DNA of 45,779 bases from Enterobacter phage ST22. The notes beneath the pieces were generated by a model. The model had not been told where the DNA came from. It did not search any database and was given only the letters and a program-made list of their open reading frames with translations. The stretch lies in the sequence record OQ957557.1; one strand, given 5' to 3'. Positions 42,395 through 45,779 of the stretch are shown in pieces. Every line of letters starts with the position of its first letter. Position 1 is the stretch's first letter. The position numbers and the translations under genes are program-made.

Positions 42395-43482
42395 TTCATT
42401 GCCTCAGGGTGTTTTCTGTATAACTCAGCGAGGGAGATCATTTTCCCATCGTCGTAAAAGTCGCCCACTTTGAGCTTGCCAGCACGCAGCAGCTCAGCGC
42501 GAACAATGCCCAGCACCTCATCCTGCACCGCGATGCTGGCGCGCTCCTCAAGCCACTGGCGATAATTCATCTTCTCAGGCACTTGCCCATCCAGTGAGGC
42601 GCGGGTGCGCTTGCTCACGTCGCCACCAGGGGCCATATCATCCCAGCTTTTGAGAATCCATGTTTCCACTGACCGGCACCGGAAATGCAGTTTGCCAGGG
42701 CCTGCCCCGTATGGTGGATCGCCCTTCACCACCGGCACAATGGGCTGCTTCATCGTGTAACGGATATGGTCACGCACAATGCACATCGGGCTGGTGCGGT
42801 TGTCCAGCGTAGACAACCAAAGGCGCTCTTTGATCAAGTCCTCATTGGCCTGCGCAGTGCGCTCACGGGCATCAGCAGCCACATGGCTGATGGAGCTATG
42901 CACGATGGTAGCCAGGTTGCGCTCAGCGTTGCCCATGGTGCCTGATGCTTTCAGCTCATTGATGATCTGCATGGTGCTTTTTCCCTGCGTCACACCTTGC
43001 TGTACGCCGGACATAATAGCCCGTGTCACGTCCTCTGGCAGCTTGTCAAACCAGCCCTTTAGCGCCAGATTCTGGATGGGCTTATCCAGTGAGGACTCCA
43101 GCACCTGCTTATGGTCAGCCTGCACCACGTCAGCGCCCTTGATGCTCATGATCTCAGCGATGCCAGGCGTGCCAGCCAGCTGCTGGTGGTAGTAAAGCGT
43201 TTCACGCTGGGCAAACGTCGCCAGCTCTTTCTCCAGCGCCACGTAAATGGCCTGATACTCAGATTTGACCTGAGAGAGGACCGCACGCGCAATGATCTGG
43301 AGCTTTGCCGGTGACATGTTGCCCAGATTCAGACCCATGACCTTTTCCAGCACCCTGGCCCAGATTGACGGCTTAGCCTGCCTCAGCAGCTTGATCATCG
43401 CGTTGGCCTGGCTGTTTGAGTAGCGGAGCAGCAGGAGGCGGTGCCGGACCGCCTCAAGCATTAAGCGCTCATTGGCGCTCAC
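42391..43482 (-). CDS. Head morphogenesis protein, Mu gpF/SPP1 gp7-like minor capsid protein. GTG start.
   Basis: ...LWLSTLDNRTSPMCIVRDHIRY... (Phage_Mu_F-like motif). It overlaps the portal stop by 4 nt. Confidence 0.7.
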   Translation of the reverse strand: MSANERLMLEAVRHRLLLLRYSNSQANAMIKLLRQAKPSIWARVLEKVMGLNLGNMSPAKLQIIARAVLSQVKSEYQAIYVALEKELATFAQRETLYYHQQLAGTPGIAEIMSIKGADVVQADHKQVLESSLDKPIQNLALKGWFDKLPEDVTRAIMSGVQQGVTQGKSTMQIINELKASGTMGNAERNLATIVHSSISHVAADARERTAQANEDLIKERLWLSTLDNRTSPMCIVRDHIRYTMKQPIVPVVKGDPPYGAGPGKLHFRCRSVETWILKSWDDMAPGGDVSKRTRASLDGQVPEKMNYRQWLEERASIAVQDEVLGIVRAELLRAGKLKVGDFYDDGKMISLAELYRKHPEAMK

Positions 43483-45011
43483 TCATCACCGCCTTTGTCA
43501 GCTGGTGGATCTTTATCGTCTGGATTATCCGGCTGCGTCTTGCTGTTTACCAGGTCCATCTGATTGCCCATGAGATCCAGACCAGGCAGCGGAGCCTGAT
43601 CACGGATCTCACCCTCAACCTCCTCAGGGGTTTTCTCATCGCTGATGAGGCCAATGCTCTGCTGGTAACGGATGAAGTTATGCAGGCTGAGCGTGCCATT
43701 CTGGACCATCTGCATGAGCGCAGTGAGCGCTGGCGCGTCAATGGTGGCAACGTCATATTGCTGGGCAATGCCAACCTCACCTTTGCCGTTGACCATCAGA
43801 GAAGCCGCACGCAGGGCTGCGTTAACGCACTTCTCCACGTTACCGGCGCAAAGGCTTAGGATGCTGTTATCCGTCTGGGCCTCAAAACTGGCCTGGGTGG
43901 CGGTTTTGGCACCAGTGCCGCGCTCAATGAGCTTAGCGCCCAGCATCGCCATCTCTTTGGCTCGTGTCTCTTTCAGCAACGTGTTGCCGTTGGTGTCATT
44001 GGCCTGGATGATTTCAGCTTTGGCGTTTTCGTTGAGCAGGATGCCGGTTGTGGCCCCCACCTTACAGCCGTGCTTGAGATACTTCTCAGCCCACGCCTGA
44101 GTAAGACCGGAAATCGCCAGGGTGGGGTTGCTCGCCAGATGGGCAATCTCACATACGTTAGCATCAGCCTGGTAGTGACCGATGTTAAGTGATGCGATAT
44201 CAGCCAGCGGGGCCGGATCTGGGGTTGCGTCGTTATTCTCAGACCCCAGCCAGAAAGCAGGCAGCTCAGTGATCGGCGCGCCGTTAATATCCCGCAGCGG
44301 TGCCAGTGGCGTTTTGCCGGATTTGTTGGCGTTGTCCAGATACTTGCCATTGGTCTGGATATCCTCATGCCATTTGCGGGCATGGGCCACACCATCAACC
44401 ATTCTCAGCTCCAGCCAGATCCACCGCTCATACAGCTGGAAATCATCGGTGCTGGTTTCCTGGTCCTCTTTCCACTTCACAACCACCATAGTGGTTTTGT
44501 CGCCGGTTTCACGCCAGTTGATGATCTGGTCAGCCGTGAAGAAACGCAGCAGCAGCTGGCCCTGAGTGGTCGCCGTCTGCTCTCCGCTGCCGGTAAAGTC
44601 AGGGATAAGCATACCGCGCCCACTCTCCAGCACCTCACCCAGCATATTACGGATAACCTGAGTCAGTGGCTGGCCCTTGCCATCAGCGTTGGTTTCCAGC
44701 TCAGTGAGGCCGCCGCTGAGGGTGATCTCCACTGGCTTGCTGAATGCCACGCCCAGCATCCCAGATTTGGTCCTGCCGGTAGCGTTGAGGAAACGGGCGC
44801 GCATCTTGTAGTTTTTGTATCGATCAATGGCTGCCTCACGAATCTTTTGCTCAGTGGCCTTAAGCTCACCAGGCACCGGATGCGGCAGGTAAAGCTCACC
44901 GCGATATTTGATCTGGTCCTCACCCGCCACACAATCCTTGACGCGCTGCCAGCTGGCAAGATTGCGCATGTATAGCGGGTGCTTAGTGTCTACGCCGGAG
45001 TTTTGCGGCAT
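43479..45011 (-). CDS. Portal protein (510 aa).
   Basis: Size and position directly after terL. Acidic C-terminus. Confidence 0.75.
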   Translation of the reverse strand: MPQNSGVDTKHPLYMRNLASWQRVKDCVAGEDQIKYRGELYLPHPVPGELKATEQKIREAAIDRYKNYKMRARFLNATGRTKSGMLGVAFSKPVEITLSGGLTELETNADGKGQPLTQVIRNMLGEVLESGRGMLIPDFTGSGEQTATTQGQLLLRFFTADQIINWRETGDKTTMVVVKWKEDQETSTDDFQLYERWIWLELRMVDGVAHARKWHEDIQTNGKYLDNANKSGKTPLAPLRDINGAPITELPAFWLGSENNDATPDPAPLADIASLNIGHYQADANVCEIAHLASNPTLAISGLTQAWAEKYLKHGCKVGATTGILLNENAKAEIIQANDTNGNTLLKETRAKEMAMLGAKLIERGTGAKTATQASFEAQTDNSILSLCAGNVEKCVNAALRAASLMVNGKGEVGIAQQYDVATIDAPALTALMQMVQNGTLSLHNFIRYQQSIGLISDEKTPEEVEGEIRDQAPLPGLDLMGNQMDLVNSKTQPDNPDDKDPPADKGGDE

Positions 45012-45025
45012 GGTTGAATCCTCAG

Positions 45026-45779
45026 TTAGTACATGAAGCCGATATCAGGCAGAGCCTCAGGCAGAATGTCACGGATGATCGGGAACGTGTAGGCGATGTA
45101 ATAGCCGCCTGCATCGTTGGCATGGTCAAAGCCGCTTTTCTTGTCCGGCTCGCCAGTTTTCTCATCATAGATCTGATTCTGGAGACACTTAGAATACCAC
45201 GGGCAGAGTAAATCATTCACAAAATAACGGCGTTCACCTGCCGCATTGAGGAACATCGCGTTTACTGCGTTGATGCGGCTCTTGACGGCTGGGTTAGTCT
45301 GCTCATAGTGGACCATGAAGCCCGCACCCTCCAGCAGGGCAATATCAGAGGTGGATGCGCCGCTGGTCTTGCGGTTTTTGCCTGAGCTGTCAGGGTAAAC
45401 GTTGATTTGGTGGTGCCCGTTGCCGTAGCGCTCAATGATGGCCTCAATCATATCCGGCGTATCATAGCGATCCACAAACTCAGCCACTGCATGTGGCTTT
45501 CCGTCACGGATAACGTGAACGATGGCGCTCATGTGCTGGACGTTAAAGTCCATCCCGATAAACAGCGGCTCACCTGGCTGCACCTCCTCACGGGAGCGGT
45601 TGCCCGCCACATCATAGGTGTAATAGATCGTGCCTGATGCAAGGTTAGTGAACTGGCCCAGGATGTAAGCCTTGACCAGCTCAGGCGGGTAGGAAACCAG
45701 CAGGCCAGGCACGTAGTCCAGAGGCAGGTAAGGGTTGCTCAGGGTGGCAGCCTGCACCATCTTGTAACCTTTGGCCTCA
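45026..45779 (-). CDS. terL: Terminase large subunit, C-terminal nuclease part. It continues from 1..632 across the circular junction, giving a combined protein of ~462 aa.
   Basis: ...LFIGMDFNVQHMSAIVHVIRDGKPHAVAEFVD... The ORF is open to the window end and in frame with the window-start segment. Confidence 0.8.
   Translation of the reverse strand, partial: EAKGYKMVQAATLSNPYLPLDYVPGLLVSYPPELVKAYILGQFTNLASGTIYYTYDVAGNRSREEVQPGEPLFIGMDFNVQHMSAIVHVIRDGKPHAVAEFVDRYDTPDMIEAIIERYGNGHHQINVYPDSSGKNRKTSGASTSDIALLEGAGFMVHYEQTNPAVKSRINAVNAMFLNAAGERRYFVNDLLCPWYSKCLQNQIYDEKTGEPDKKSGFDHANDAGGYYIAYTFPIIRDILPEALPDIGFMY

Noticed and set aside
1-45779. Prophage/temperate lifestyle, CRISPR array, tRNA genes
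   Set aside because: I found no integrase, excisionase, CI/Cro-like repressor pair, attachment-site-like flanks, regularly spaced direct repeats or tRNA-like cloverleaf candidates in any intergenic region. The assembly is a closed circle containing only phage functions.

Overview
The window appears to be a complete, circularly permuted ~45.8 kb dsDNA siphovirus-type phage genome. The large terminase gene is split across the window ends and reads in frame through the 45779/1 junction. I see no integrase, CI-like repressor or partition genes, so it looks virulent. I see no CRISPR, tRNA or rRNA by eye.

Minus strand, read leftwards from the divergent control region at about 4600-4980:
- an accessory cluster at 4582->1830 (small proteins, a secreted protein, a 307-aa unknown, a collagen-like YadA-type trimeric autotransporter with signal peptide);
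- terS, terL (wrapping the junction), portal, Mu-F-like head protein, an Ig(I-set)-domain protein, scaffold, HK97-like major capsid protein, connector/neck proteins;
- a lambda-like tail module: major tail protein, G/G-T frameshift chaperones, tape measure, M, L, K, I and a 1464-aa J-like host-specificity protein.

Plus strand, 4980-23470:
- early/replication region: prim-pol primase with a DUF3987-like C-terminus, Sak4-like ATPase, SSB-like protein, SF2 helicase with Zn ribbons, VRR-NUC nuclease, HNH-like protein, phage Dam (NPPF) methyltransferase, HD hydrolase, a degenerate C5-methyltransferase-like protein and two small lipoproteins;
- lysis cassette: holin-like membrane proteins, an M15 endolysin and a small TM protein.

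Most unusual features:
(a) A six-gene plus-strand island (38684-40862) is embedded antisense inside the head-gene operon. It has its own sigma70-like promoter and bidirectional terminator. It encodes a coiled-coil protein, a GcrA/Myb-like HTH + Zn-ribbon protein and a NUMOD1-like HTH protein.
(b) The 8-mer GGTTGACG/CGTCAACC occurs about 11 times against an expected ~1.4. It lies in the -35 position of at least four near-identical promoters with the consensus AAATGGTTGACGC-N17-(-10).
(c) A conserved leader AACGACAACCnnTTTAA..AGAGG precedes five operon-first genes.
(d) A duplicated ~70-nt structured leader (AGCCCG..CTTGCGGG..CTTGCGG..ACCAGAGGAWAACCMCATG) precedes both terS and the scaffold gene.
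(e) A putative origin/control hub lies at 4583-4979, next to the primase gene. It has CAACC iterons, a composite microsatellite tract and a canonical G-quadruplex motif.
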